DNA from: a virus
Taxonomy: Duplodnaviria; Caudoviricetes
Virus record (IMG/VR): IMGVR_UViG_3300023076_000003
Span: 1-56,875 of that record
DNA length: 56,875 bases
Strand: one strand, 5' to 3'
Every line of letters starts with the position of its first letter. Positions within the stretch are counted from its first letter, which is position 1. Position numbers and translations under genes: made by a program. Shown one piece after another: positions 30,471 through 40,410 of this stretch. Under the pieces are notes generated by a model, which ran no database searches, was not told the origin of the DNA, and worked only from the letters and a program-made list of their open reading frames with translations.

Positions 30471-31599
30471 ACGCAGTTGTTAGGTTAATAGGCAGCTTTT
30501 CAGGAACGTTCGCCTTGCCAGCTCCTGCAGGATATTGGCCCGCTGGATAGTTGAAGTAAGCGTTTGGCAAAATAGGCAGTGCGTTCGGGAAAATCACATC
30601 ATGGTCAGGCGTACCTTGCGCATTGTAGTTATATCGGTCCTTAGCCTCATAAATCCTACTGAGTTCGTTTGTAAAGCCCAAAACAACATAGGTAAAGCAA
30701 ATGCTAAAAGGAGCTACACTTGTCCACGCTGGGTTTGTAAAAGGCGCGCCTACATCTAAATCTATTGTTCCGCGAACATCTAACGCCTTAGAAGTATGAG
30801 TCGGACCTCCAGTGTCATAACCTGCGGCAGTCATAGGGTTAACAGATTGCAACAACTCTACGTTATAGAAAAAACCCTGCTTGGTAGCGGCAACAATTTG
30901 AGCGTTTGTAAAAGGAAATGCTTGGGCATCTATACCGGGGGCAGCTCCTGATGGCCTTAGGTTCATACATTGAGCTCCGCCCCCCAGAGCTATAATGTTA
31001 GCTCCCGAGTACAAACGATAAGGAAGACCAAACTTGTTGGTTGTGCGCAAAGCTACCGCTGTTGTAGCTGTTCCAGAGTTCCCAGAACACCAAACATCAT
31101 AAAGGCGATAAAAAGCCTTTCGCCCAACAATAGTTGAGTTGAGCGTAGCGTTAGCTGCGATAACAATTTTCTCTAACATTGGGATACCGTAAAGGTCCTC
31201 CCCAATGAGGTTAAATGTAATAGAAGCAGTTGGAGATGTTGTGTAATTAATAGCTACGCATCGCGGAACGTCAAACTGAATACCAACACGCCCTGTTTTC
31301 TGATTCACAAACTGAGTGCTCAAAGGATAGTTGCCATTTGAGAGAGTCAGATAAAGGGGAGTGGCTGGGTTTGGGCTACTTGCTGTCAGAGTTACTTGAG
31401 CTGCAATATCCCAAGGAATGGCTCCCGAACCGTTTGCGGAAGGGAAAGGCGTAAAGAAGTAGCTGTATTGAGTGCTATACGGCATCCCAGGGCCAAAGCC
31501 CATGTAGGGAGCCGCTGCACGATCTACTTGATCTTGAAAGGTGGGACCAGTACGGACCCCATCAGAAAAACATGTGCCTGCTGATTGAATTTGAGCCAT
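30427..31599 (-). CDS. Putative capsid-associated/decoration protein
   Basis: Directly after MCP; T.FSDGVRTG N-terminus, DVPRCV, GED.YG.PM.E. Confidence 0.6.
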   Translation of the reverse strand: MAQIQSAGTCFSDGVRTGPTFQDQVDRAAAPYMGFGPGMPYSTQYSYFFTPFPSANGSGAIPWDIAAQVTLTASSPNPATPLYLTLSNGNYPLSTQFVNQKTGRVGIQFDVPRCVAINYTTSPTASITFNLIGEDLYGIPMLEKIVIAANATLNSTIVGRKAFYRLYDVWCSGNSGTATTAVALRTTNKFGLPYRLYSGANIIALGGGAQCMNLRPSGAAPGIDAQAFPFTNAQIVAATKQGFFYNVELLQSVNPMTAAGYDTGGPTHTSKALDVRGTIDLDVGAPFTNPAWTSVAPFSICFTYVVLGFTNELSRIYEAKDRYNYNAQGTPDHDVIFPNALPILPNAYFNYPAGQYPAGAGKANVPEKLPINLTTAFGVPQFYTEARGDV

Positions 31600-31617
31600 A
31601 CTACTGGTCCCCCTCTT

Positions 31618-32538
31618 TTATAAAGTTGTAATGCCGGTACCAGAGCCAACAACGGCGCGGTACGTCCAGCAAATAAATGAATAACGCTCAAAGGCGCGAC
31701 CATTCATGGTGTTGCTCACAATATCCGTGTCATAGCCAATCTTGAGCTTTTGCTTACGGAAGTGAATAAAGCCTTGTGGCTGGTCGGTGGTCATGAAGTA
31801 ACGGTTATCGTAGGCCAAGAAGTTGTTTGTACGATATCCACCAGGCAAGAAGTTGTTGTACTGAATGGCGTTAATAGCGTTGTTGCCAGTTTCAGCCTGG
31901 AACTTGGAATTAAGAAGACGCGAAGCCTGGAACTCAAGCTTAATTGGGACCAACAAGAACTTAGGGTTAATGTCGATCTTCAAGTTGCTTGGGCTTTCCC
32001 AACTACGAATCATCGTAATCATGTCTTCCAGAGCCGCTTCATTCATCTGGAACCCGGTGTTAAACGTGTTAGCGTTTGTACCTTGATCAAGAGGGTGATT
32101 CAGCGAGCACATCGGCTGGCCGTCGGCTAAAGTCGATCGAGCGTTGAAAGCGTTGTTAAACAAGAACATAGCGTTTTTGTTTTTGCTCTGATCGAGAGAG
32201 GCACGCAACATCGCACTATCACGGGGCCATTCGGACGTATACAAGTTGTCGTCGATAAGTTCAAGCGACATTGTAAAATAAATGGCGTACGTAAGGTTGA
32301 CGGCACGTGTTTCAAAACGCTGACCACCCGCACTTTGGAAGGCTGGAGCCGCTTCCGGCTTTTCCTCTGCTTCCCGCAAGCCTGCAAATTCCGATAGGAA
32401 CTCTGTAGCCTGGTTCGATTCTCTGGTTTCAAAGATATCGTTAAATTGATGGTCAAATACGTTGTAGTTTACTAAGACACCGCTGAGGTAATCTAATAGC
32501 AAAGATTCCGCGTCTGCGCGGACCATAACTCCTGACAT
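31618..32538 (-). CDS. Major capsid protein (Mu gpT-like HK97 fold)
   Basis: IFE..ES..A.E, TYA..F..S.E.IDDNLY, N.AF.....ADG...CS..HP, P..LLVP..L.F.A..LL.S, ERYSF...W. Confidence 0.85.
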   Translation of the reverse strand: MSGVMVRADAESLLLDYLSGVLVNYNVFDHQFNDIFETRESNQATEFLSEFAGLREAEEKPEAAPAFQSAGGQRFETRAVNLTYAIYFTMSLELIDDNLYTSEWPRDSAMLRASLDQSKNKNAMFLFNNAFNARSTLADGQPMCSLNHPLDQGTNANTFNTGFQMNEAALEDMITMIRSWESPSNLKIDINPKFLLVPIKLEFQASRLLNSKFQAETGNNAINAIQYNNFLPGGYRTNNFLAYDNRYFMTTDQPQGFIHFRKQKLKIGYDTDIVSNTMNGRAFERYSFICWTYRAVVGSGTGITTL

Positions 32539-33351
32539 TTAAGCTGCATTTCCTTTCGTAACAAAGGGCGAATTGGTATTTGCAACCAAAACACTTGTAT
32601 ATGGGACTGCTGGGGCAGCGTTTCCACCCACAGTAAATTCTTGAGGCTCATTATTAGGAGCAATATCGTAAATCAAAAATCCAGACCCAGTTCGCGATAG
32701 ACCCCCGCCTGATGGATTTGAGGTGTCAAGATAAGCCATGCTCCTACCCGTGGCATTATTTCCTTGTATAAAAGGAGCCTGTATAAGAGCAGGGTTAGCG
32801 GGATTAAGAAACCAATTAAAGTTAGCTGCATATGCTAGACCAAGGTTTGCGGCGTTTGCCCCTGTTGTACTTGTTTGAATCTGCCAAGTAGCCGCTGGGT
32901 CGTTATAGATCATAACGCGAGCATCCGCCGCACCTGCTGTTACCATGCCTCCTGGCCACATATTTGTACCCGTTGCCGACAAGTTAATAGCTCGAACTGA
33001 AGCGGGTGCTGAGTAACAAACACCTTTAAATATTCCGTAAACAGGTATGTTTTGCGCTACATTTATTGCATCTGCGGACGTAGGCAATGTATTAACCGGA
33101 CCCGCACGCCTATAAGCCGCCAAGGCTATAAACTCTGCCAATGAGTGTATATAACCATCAGGTTGATAGAGCCAGTTATTCCCGTCATAATTATAGCTTC
33201 CTAAAATAACGGGGTCGCCTTGATAAATTGGGTATTGGTAGCCAGATTTAATGCGTGGATAAGGTCCTGCTAGCTGGCCTGAGGGCTGTGCTTGCGAGTA
33301 GTTGCCTACGGGATAAAATCCATAGGCCGTTTGTAATGACGGTGACGCCAT
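32539..33351 (-). CDS. Capsid-associated (decoration/cement-like) protein
   Basis: YGF.PV...I.SGY...IY.GDPV...G.F.GV.Y...DP...QIQ pattern, immediately upstream of MCP. Confidence 0.6.
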   Translation of the reverse strand: MASPSLQTAYGFYPVGNYSQAQPSGQLAGPYPRIKSGYQYPIYQGDPVILGSYNYDGNNWLYQPDGYIHSLAEFIALAAYRRAGPVNTLPTSADAINVAQNIPVYGIFKGVCYSAPASVRAINLSATGTNMWPGGMVTAGAADARVMIYNDPAATWQIQTSTTGANAANLGLAYAANFNWFLNPANPALIQAPFIQGNNATGRSMAYLDTSNPSGGGLSRTGSGFLIYDIAPNNEPQEFTVGGNAAPAVPYTSVLVANTNSPFVTKGNAA

Positions 33352-33577
33352 AAATAAAGTCCTCCTAAGGTTTAAAACAAACTCAAAACAATAAATTGTG
33401 ATGGGTACGCTTAAAAGCGATCCGCAGCGGTATCACGGCTAGCTGCGAATGAGAAGGGAGGACATAGCGGAGCTACGAAGATATGAGGGGGTTCTCAAGT
33501 GCCTCAGTCTTTTTGAGAATGGGTACACAGATGAAATCTGCGAAGCGTGCCAAATATTCTCGGATTTGGCGGCCTTT
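33352..33577 (-). ncRNA. Six-hairpin structured leader of the capsid operon
   Basis: Six consecutive stems between the promoter and the AGGAGG RBS. Confidence 0.6.
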
Positions 33578-33582
33578 TTATT

Positions 33583-33611
33583 ATGTTAGGACGGGGTTAT
33601 TTAGTTGTCAA
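33583..33611 (-). promoter_or_regulatory. Sigma70 promoter for capsid genes
   Basis: TTGACA-17-TAACAT. Confidence 0.7.
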
Positions 33612-33617
33612 CAAATA

Positions 33618-34082
33618 CTAAATACCTTTAAAACGCCTGTGATACTCTGCATAAGCCTCGTCTGACATACCCTTTGTCTGGATCGTTTTCTTCAAGAACT
33701 TCATAGAGGCGACGTTCTTTGTTTCGTACCCTTGCTGCTCCATTTCGTGGATATCACGACGACGCTTCATAAGGATCTGACCACCTCGGGTCACTAAGCC
33801 CTCTGTATCGTCTTTGCGGCTAAAAGGAGAGCGGAAGTTAGACATGTATTGCTCTTCATACTCTTCTTGGGTAACTGCGCCCCAATACTTTTGGCATTCC
33901 TCAACGTAGGTATCCCTACATTCAAAACCATTGGACCTAAAAGCCATAAAGGCATAGACCCAGTCGCGGTTTTTCATTAAAAACGCCATCGGCAAGTTAA
34001 AGCGCGATTGGTTAAAGACTGCTGGATTGACGCGATCTGACTCGATGAGTTGATCAGAGTCGGCGGGTCGTACTCGTGACAT
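33618..34082 (-). CDS. Phage head-module protein
   Basis: G.V.RGG.ILMK motif; between scaffold and capsid genes. Confidence 0.65.
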   Translation of the reverse strand: MSRVRPADSDQLIESDRVNPAVFNQSRFNLPMAFLMKNRDWVYAFMAFRSNGFECRDTYVEECQKYWGAVTQEEYEEQYMSNFRSPFSRKDDTEGLVTRGGQILMKRRRDIHEMEQQGYETKNVASMKFLKKTIQTKGMSDEAYAEYHRRFKGI

Positions 34083-34083
34083 A

Positions 34084-35223
34084 TTATCTCCTGTTGTTTT
34101 TCATTTGACGTAACTTCTCCGCTGTAATAAATTCCAAGCTCTCGTTGCCTTGAATTTGCTTATTGGGAGAAACGGGGATGGTTGTATTGCGCCACGCCTT
34201 TAAAAGACGCGGGTCAACAGTGGTGCCGTACTTGCGAGCGTTGTCGCCCCCTGAGGCCATGTACTGCTCAGCCATGTTTCCACCCGCTCGCGCTACGGGA
34301 GCAACGCTCGCAGGTCGGCCTTGTTTCTGCTGGCTCTGTGGTGCGTCGTCAACGTCACCGCGTCCCCACATGTTGTTAATCGCTTTTTGAGCTACGTTAA
34401 AATACTCATCGCCATACTTATCGGCTCCCATGCCGTGCAAATCATATTCACGATCTAATGCATCAAACACGTCGGCCGCTTGTAAGGCCATATCTCTATT
34501 GTAAGAAGGGGTCGCTTCGTTCGCCCAGTCCGTCCTTTCTTTCCAGCGTTGCAAGCCTTCTGCGGCCTTCATTTGCTGATAAGTAGGCGGTGCGTAGCTC
34601 TGGTTCAAAGGAGGGGGAGGAGAAACATAACGCTCGGTCTGCCTCGGCTCCATTTCCATTTGAACTTTAGCAGCATTGATACGGGCTAGCTTTTCTTGAA
34701 GCTCTGCTTGCAAACGATAATCACCCGCCTCGTTGACCGCTTCCAAAGCTTGTATGGTTCGGTCGCGCTCTATTTCCAGCGTGTGGTTGCGTAGCGTTTG
34801 GTTCTCTTTGCGCACCTCTTCAAGCTTTTTAGAACGTTCTTGCTGCAGCAAAGAGTTCTGGCGGTTAGCTTCTTCAAGTTGAGCCGCCATCATACGGTTG
34901 GCGTATGTTAGCTCATCAAACCTTTTTTGGAGCCGCCCGCTTGCCTCTTTCTTTGCTTTCCTGGTCCCGTCTGATCGGCCCCCTTGGTTATCGGATGAGG
35001 ATGAATCTGATTGTTCACGATCGGGGTCTTCTTCACCTTCTTGCCCGCTAGTGCTGCCGTCATCAGGGACGGCGCGTTGCTTCTTGTCATTGTCATTGTG
35101 ATCATCTCCTACTTCAATAAGACCTGAACCGTCTTTCATAGTATGAGAGATTTCAGCGCCGTTTTCTGGGTTAGCTTCCAGGCTTTGTTTAAAGCCTGGA
35201 AAAAGGTCAAGATCAATCGCCAT
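34084..35223 (-). CDS. Scaffolding protein
   Basis: Acidic disordered N-terminus, LQKRFDELT coiled coil, W..R..W, VAPV.R; syntenic position. Confidence 0.7.
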   Translation of the reverse strand: MAIDLDLFPGFKQSLEANPENGAEISHTMKDGSGLIEVGDDHNDNDKKQRAVPDDGSTSGQEGEEDPDREQSDSSSSDNQGGRSDGTRKAKKEASGRLQKRFDELTYANRMMAAQLEEANRQNSLLQQERSKKLEEVRKENQTLRNHTLEIERDRTIQALEAVNEAGDYRLQAELQEKLARINAAKVQMEMEPRQTERYVSPPPPLNQSYAPPTYQQMKAAEGLQRWKERTDWANEATPSYNRDMALQAADVFDALDREYDLHGMGADKYGDEYFNVAQKAINNMWGRGDVDDAPQSQQKQGRPASVAPVARAGGNMAEQYMASGGDNARKYGTTVDPRLLKAWRNTTIPVSPNKQIQGNESLEFITAEKLRQMKNNRR

Positions 35224-35224
35224 G

Positions 35225-35641
35225 TTAAATCCCTTTCAAAAAATACGGATAGTTCTCAGGGGGGATCACTGCAAAGGCGCGGTTGTCGTTAAGGTAGTAG
35301 CACATGTGGCCCATGATGTCTTTTCGGCTTGCATCGTAGGCGTTAAAGTCTATCCAATCACCTTCCTGCACCCAGTCAACGGAGCCGTTATAATGAGGAC
35401 CTTTGTAAGAATCGGGGCCTACTTTAATAACTTTTCCAACGTCTGCATGACGGGCTGTTGCTTCGCGTGTCTGCTCTGAAAGCTCAAAACCGTTTTCAGT
35501 TTTAGTTGCGGTTACGGGGGCCCTTATGAGCAACCTGTAACCTCCTCGCATAATCTGACGCCGCATGACGGTTTCAAGTTCGTCCACAAACGCTTGAATG
35601 TCTTTATGTGCGGTTGCAACTCCAAAATCTTTTTGTTTCAT
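35225..35641 (-). CDS. groES: GroES-like co-chaperonin
   Basis: GYRLLIR...KT..G..L....G.VIKVGPD.Y...W..EGDW..F...LND Cpn10 pattern. Confidence 0.8.
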   Translation of the reverse strand: MKQKDFGVATAHKDIQAFVDELETVMRRQIMRGGYRLLIRAPVTATKTENGFELSEQTREATARHADVGKVIKVGPDSYKGPHYNGSVDWVQEGDWIDFNAYDASRKDIMGHMCYYLNDNRAFAVIPPENYPYFLKGI

Positions 35642-35880
35642 GCTGCTGGGCTTTCGGGCTCAACATGATCTGCTGGGTCAATGCCTTGATCTAACAAGCT
35701 ACTTTCATAGTTAGCTAACAAAATAGGTGCGTCTTTAGCTAAAGCTTCATATGCTTGAGCCATGCCAGCGCATACACATGAGCGTGGCGTTTCTAGGCCT
35801 GTTTTGAGAAGGCCGATTTGTTCATTATGCCTATGTACAGCATACTCTTGAATTACTTTTGCAAATCCTTTTAAAGACAT
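35638..35880 (-). CDS. Hypothetical head-module protein
   Basis: Coupled to groES. Confidence 0.65.
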   Translation of the reverse strand: MSLKGFAKVIQEYAVHRHNEQIGLLKTGLETPRSCVCAGMAQAYEALAKDAPILLANYESSLLDQGIDPADHVEPESPAA

Positions 35881-35997
35881 ATCATCCTCTTATAAAACGC
35901 TAAATTAGCCTTGATATAAGGAGGATGACATGGATCTTTAAATTAACTGAGTAACTTTTGGCCATTTACCCAAAAGTTCAAAAAGTTACATCTCTAG

Positions 35998-36189
35998 CTA
36001 CTTGTATTGGTCTCTTCGGATCTTCGCAACGCCTCCAGCAGCTAGCTTTTGCTTGGCTTGGGCATAGCTCATTTCAGGCGGCATCTTTGTATGTTCGCCT
36101 GGGTGCTTTTTGCACATACCGCCCTTTTTGAAACCTTCAGCAGGCGGTACGGGCCCACCGGCCATTTTCTTTACGGGTGTTTTTTTCAT
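35998..36189 (-). CDS. Small basic protein with three xxGG motifs
   Basis: KMAGG, FKKGG, LAAGG; ATGA overlap with portal. Confidence 0.65.
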   Translation of the reverse strand: MKKTPVKKMAGGPVPPAEGFKKGGMCKKHPGEHTKMPPEMSYAQAKQKLAAGGVAKIRRDQYK

Positions 36190-38693
36190 TTGGTTTTCTC
36201 TCCCTTGGGTTGTTTTAACGTGGTTTCCTGAGGCTGGCTAGCCCTATCTAGCTTGTCGAGCTCTCTCGATATATGGTCTCTTTCTTTGGCCATCGTATCC
36301 ATTTCGAGCTTTTGAGCGGCTATCTGAAGCTTCAGCATATCTATATCGTGTCTCATTTCAAGATCTTTTTCTTTATATATATATTCTTGCTCCCACTTCT
36401 CACGCTCCCCATGTATTTTCAAAAGCTCCGTTTCATTTTTCATGGCAGCGATTTCGCCTTGCATCTTGACCTCTTCCATAGCAACTAAGGCAGGATCAAT
36501 AGGAGCAGGTGGGTTGTTAGAAGGAGCCTGTTGTTCTTGCATAACCTTTTGAGCTAATAGCATAGCAATCTGGTTTTGCATCTCAGGCGTAATCTGGGAC
36601 GGGTCTTCAGGGACGGGCATGCCTACATAGGTAAACATCTCAATCATCACCTGCAAAGCTTTTCGAGCCTGAATTTGTGCTAGCACATTCGGCCATATTT
36701 GTTGCTGCGTTTGGTCATCTAAAAGTGTTTGTAAAACGGTTACGTAAGCAGGTTGGTCTTGCCAAACATAAGCTTTAACAGGCTCCCCTTGCATGAGGGC
36801 TGCCATTTCACTTGCAGGGTCTCTAGCTGGAGGTGGAGGAGGTGGAGGTGCTTCTTGTGGCTGAGGAACAAAGGCTTGTATCTGCTCATCGGGAATGTTG
36901 GCGCACTTGTAGTAATACGTTAGAACGGCAGGCATATTGTGATATTCGGGCATGGACTGAGCTGTTGTAAGCAGCATTTGAGCCCGTAACAAGCGATACG
37001 CTGAGTTATGTGTGGATGGATCGCCTGCAGGAACTAAACGTATGTGGCCTGCAAAGTCTTCACGTGACACCCAATAATTACCGTTGGCCACTTTGAATTC
37101 GTACATTTGACCAGGTCGCAGCCAGTCGTGCCACCTTTGACGGAATAACTCCAGCTCATGTGAAAAGGAATCATAAGCCTTTTGTAGAATGGCGTTCGGA
37201 AGCTTTTGTCTTCCCTCAATCAAAGCAAGACTGGTCGCCACAGGAGCGTTAGGGCTCATATCAATAAAGCTAGGGTTCAGCGCGCCTGCAGGCCTTTGTA
37301 TAGAGTCTTCTAAGTCTTTTTTGAGGTTGTACATGGATTGATCGGGGCCCTTAAACGGGACCTCCATAATACTATCCCGTATGCTGTTACCGACGGCTGG
37401 AATGGGTATACCAGTACCAGGGGCCATACGTATGTTGTTAGCGTCTAAGCTAATGCCTTGCTGATAAAAAAAGGCTGGAAAGTTAGCGTATAGTGCGGCA
37501 TCCATAATCTGACGTGTCACAAGGGTGGCCGCCCTAGCTTGGTTACCTGCCCAGTGAGCTAAGCCGTAGCCAGCTCCTTTAAACGCCGGCATACAGCCAT
37601 ACCAAGCAAACCATTCTGTTTCTTTATGCTTGGGGTCATCCTCAGCCCAATTGCGATAGATGCCATTAATAACCCCGCTGTTTCGATTGATGGTTACGCG
37701 GTAAGGGGAAACGATACCGTCGGGCTTACTTAACGGGTCTTCTTCGAAATAGCGGAAAAGGTGGCTTTCTGCCATACAAATCAGGTCGCGTTCGTCTTCA
37801 TCGTCCTCACGTTCAACACCTCGCAAGTAGTCCAAAGTGTTTTCGAGGTCATCCCCTTCATAGGTAGATGAGTTGGTGGTAAGAGGAATACGGTCATGTG
37901 ATATGTAGTAGCCATCACGTGTGCGTAGCTTGAACTCATACGCGGTGATGTATTCTAAGTGGGTTTTCCGCATGCTTCCGTAAGGGCTGGAAAAGTCCCT
38001 ATGGATAGCAAAGTTTTGAATGGGGATCTTAAGTTTTACAACAAGATCCCTAATAGGGTCCTCATAAATCTTGGCGTACGCATCACCGCACGTCATGGCC
38101 CACATAATAGTTGTTTCGGATTCGGCCCTATACTCTGGCAACTCATAGGTGAAGTACTGGTTGGCAAACTGTTTTACGTGCTCGGATCGGTCCATGTATT
38201 CCGTCTGAGGCTCGCCCCACAAAGCGGTATCAACAAGGTTTCCACGGCCAAACAAAAAGGAGCTTATATTAAGCGTAAGCTCTAAAACAGTTTCCAAAAG
38301 GGCTACGGATGTAACGCCTGAGGCATGTTTAAAAGCCGCCCCTTCCGTTGGGCCCTGGTTGGTTAGCTCTAATCCAATTTGATTGATCGTTTCCGTAACG
38401 GCGCTTATGTAAGGCTCTTGGCTCTTAAAGTCTTCATCTATATCATCTTTAAGCTTCAATCCCAGCTCTCGAAGCGCGTGCGGGGAGAACAAAGGGGCGA
38501 TGTTGTCATAAAACCCCCCGTTTTGATACTTAAGGGGAACCGCTGCGGGAAAGGCCGCCTCATCCATAAGAACGGCTGAATCGTCTGGAAAAACCTTCAG
38601 CATGCCGCCTTGTAGGTTATGGTTTTCAAGTTCTGGCGGTGTAAGCACCCCCCCTCCTGGGGGGGCATCGGGAAAGAGATTGAAGTTTTGCAT
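36186..38693 (-). CDS. Portal protein
   Basis: 835 aa after TerL; PY.VTI...SG...GIYRNW.EDDP, F..Y...P...G.GYGL.H, APV.T.LAL.E, DP..E..A...G.P.KA...QD..A. Confidence 0.85.
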   Translation of the reverse strand: MQNFNLFPDAPPGGGVLTPPELENHNLQGGMLKVFPDDSAVLMDEAAFPAAVPLKYQNGGFYDNIAPLFSPHALRELGLKLKDDIDEDFKSQEPYISAVTETINQIGLELTNQGPTEGAAFKHASGVTSVALLETVLELTLNISSFLFGRGNLVDTALWGEPQTEYMDRSEHVKQFANQYFTYELPEYRAESETTIMWAMTCGDAYAKIYEDPIRDLVVKLKIPIQNFAIHRDFSSPYGSMRKTHLEYITAYEFKLRTRDGYYISHDRIPLTTNSSTYEGDDLENTLDYLRGVEREDDEDERDLICMAESHLFRYFEEDPLSKPDGIVSPYRVTINRNSGVINGIYRNWAEDDPKHKETEWFAWYGCMPAFKGAGYGLAHWAGNQARAATLVTRQIMDAALYANFPAFFYQQGISLDANNIRMAPGTGIPIPAVGNSIRDSIMEVPFKGPDQSMYNLKKDLEDSIQRPAGALNPSFIDMSPNAPVATSLALIEGRQKLPNAILQKAYDSFSHELELFRQRWHDWLRPGQMYEFKVANGNYWVSREDFAGHIRLVPAGDPSTHNSAYRLLRAQMLLTTAQSMPEYHNMPAVLTYYYKCANIPDEQIQAFVPQPQEAPPPPPPPARDPASEMAALMQGEPVKAYVWQDQPAYVTVLQTLLDDQTQQQIWPNVLAQIQARKALQVMIEMFTYVGMPVPEDPSQITPEMQNQIAMLLAQKVMQEQQAPSNNPPAPIDPALVAMEEVKMQGEIAAMKNETELLKIHGEREKWEQEYIYKEKDLEMRHDIDMLKLQIAAQKLEMDTMAKERDHISRELDKLDRASQPQETTLKQPKGEKTK

Positions 38694-38715
38694 CCTGAAT
38701 CATCCTTAGAAGGGG

Positions 38716-40359
38716 TTAATAGTATGGCTCAATGCTATGCTCCTTATAAGAATCACGACGCTCGGGTGTTTCCTCTTTCATAGTTAACCAACCTGCATCA
38801 CGCAGCCTTATAAAGGCCTGGCTCATGCTGTCCATAGTATCACTTGATGTAGAACGGGGCGACGGATTGGGAAATAAAGAAGCGCATTCTAAAAAGAACT
38901 CAGAAAAATCCGTTAAATACTTGTGATGTGGACCCTTTGTAGGAAGCCATACACGGCCGTTTTCGATAAAGTGGGACACCTGAAGACAGCGTCCTATCTT
39001 ATCCCCGTAACGACTGGGGTTAAACTTCATAATGGGAATACCTGTTAACCCAAAGTCACGCAGCAAAAGGTGTCCTGTTGATTTTTCCTCGATCAACAAA
39101 AGGTCCACAGGACGCCTCATACGTTCGGGCATGGGATCGTTAAACTTAACGTCTTGGTAGTTAACGGCCATTCGTTTAACCATTTTGCGCAAATCAGGGT
39201 AATCAAGCTGATCGTAAAACACACTCAAAAGCATGAGGTTCGGTATGCCGTATTCATCATGAAAGACACCCCAAGTGGTTGCTGATGAATAAGAAGAGTC
39301 GGGCGTGCCAATCATAGCCGTGTCCCAACTGAGAAGGATATGTTTAAAGCGCGGCATCTGCTCCTGGGTCCAATGCTTAAACCAGTGCTCCTTTATGCGA
39401 CCTCCGCCATCCGGTGAAGGTCTCTGTTGAAGCTGTCCCGCTATCAAAGAAGCTTGGCCGTTAAAGTCGTCACGCTTAAGCTTTTCTAGTGCATGGCGTG
39501 GGAACTGTTCGGGCCATAATAGCTCACCTTCTTTTGATCTCGGGTCAATCCATTCCTTCCCGTTACAGGACGGAAGCACAACCGTTTTGGCTCGTCGCGC
39601 CATCTCAAACTCCATGGGCATACATAGATGCGTCCAATCCGAACCCAGAGAGAGGATGTACCCCGACAAGTCCCCTGTGTGTCCACGCTGTTGAACGACA
39701 AGACGGCGCCTATCCAACAAAGAACCAAAGCGGGTGGACATAATACCTTTCCACCAGTTAATAACATTTAATCGTGAAGCCGCACTATAAATGTCCTTCA
39801 TGTTGTTTGGGTCATCGCATAATAAGAACTCACCACCCGAACCAGTGTTGGCCGAATCAACGGACGTTGCGGCCCGAAAGCCCCACTTATCGTTTTCAAA
39901 CTTCTTTAGGTTCTTAACGTCCCGTCGCAACTTAAACTTAGTGCCCCACAGCCTTTGATACCATTCAGACTCAATAAGTCGGCGGCACTTCATGCTGTCA
40001 CGTTGGGCCAAGTCCAAGGCATAAGACGGACACAAAAAGCGATACTCTGGGTGTTGCGTCCATACCCAGGCTGGGTAGGCTACCGATATAAGGCTACTTT
40101 TACCCGTGCGGGGGGGAACGTTAATCAACAGATCACAGATATCACGGCGGTATAAAGCCTCTAGATGCTCACATAAAGCTTCTAAGTGCCAACCGCCAAC
40201 AAAGGACACGCCCTCTATCTGTTCCCAAGCATAGGTAAAAAACGTGTAGAGTGATTGCTCGCATTCTTCTTTAACCTGAAGCTCTTCCTCTGTAAGAGGA
40301 ACAAGCTGTATGGAAGACATTTTAATAATCTTCGACATACGGTTTAGATGAATGTTCAA
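38716..40359 (-). CDS. terL: Terminase large subunit
   Basis: LLINVPPRTGKS Walker A, LLCDDP Walker B, QQR, LQQRP, SWDTA, IEEK nuclease motifs; start may be 40320-40338. Confidence 0.95.
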   Translation of the reverse strand: MNIHLNRMSKIIKMSSIQLVPLTEEELQVKEECEQSLYTFFTYAWEQIEGVSFVGGWHLEALCEHLEALYRRDICDLLINVPPRTGKSSLISVAYPAWVWTQHPEYRFLCPSYALDLAQRDSMKCRRLIESEWYQRLWGTKFKLRRDVKNLKKFENDKWGFRAATSVDSANTGSGGEFLLCDDPNNMKDIYSAASRLNVINWWKGIMSTRFGSLLDRRRLVVQQRGHTGDLSGYILSLGSDWTHLCMPMEFEMARRAKTVVLPSCNGKEWIDPRSKEGELLWPEQFPRHALEKLKRDDFNGQASLIAGQLQQRPSPDGGGRIKEHWFKHWTQEQMPRFKHILLSWDTAMIGTPDSSYSSATTWGVFHDEYGIPNLMLLSVFYDQLDYPDLRKMVKRMAVNYQDVKFNDPMPERMRRPVDLLLIEEKSTGHLLLRDFGLTGIPIMKFNPSRYGDKIGRCLQVSHFIENGRVWLPTKGPHHKYLTDFSEFFLECASLFPNPSPRSTSSDTMDSMSQAFIRLRDAGWLTMKEETPERRDSYKEHSIEPYY

Positions 40360-40410
40360 TCTTCCATCCTGTTACCTAACTAATAAAGCATGTTGGACAT
40401 ACAATGGGGG

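Noticed and set aside
12677-39767. Numerous short antisense ORFs across the virion operon
   Set aside because: They fully overlap well-supported minus-strand genes
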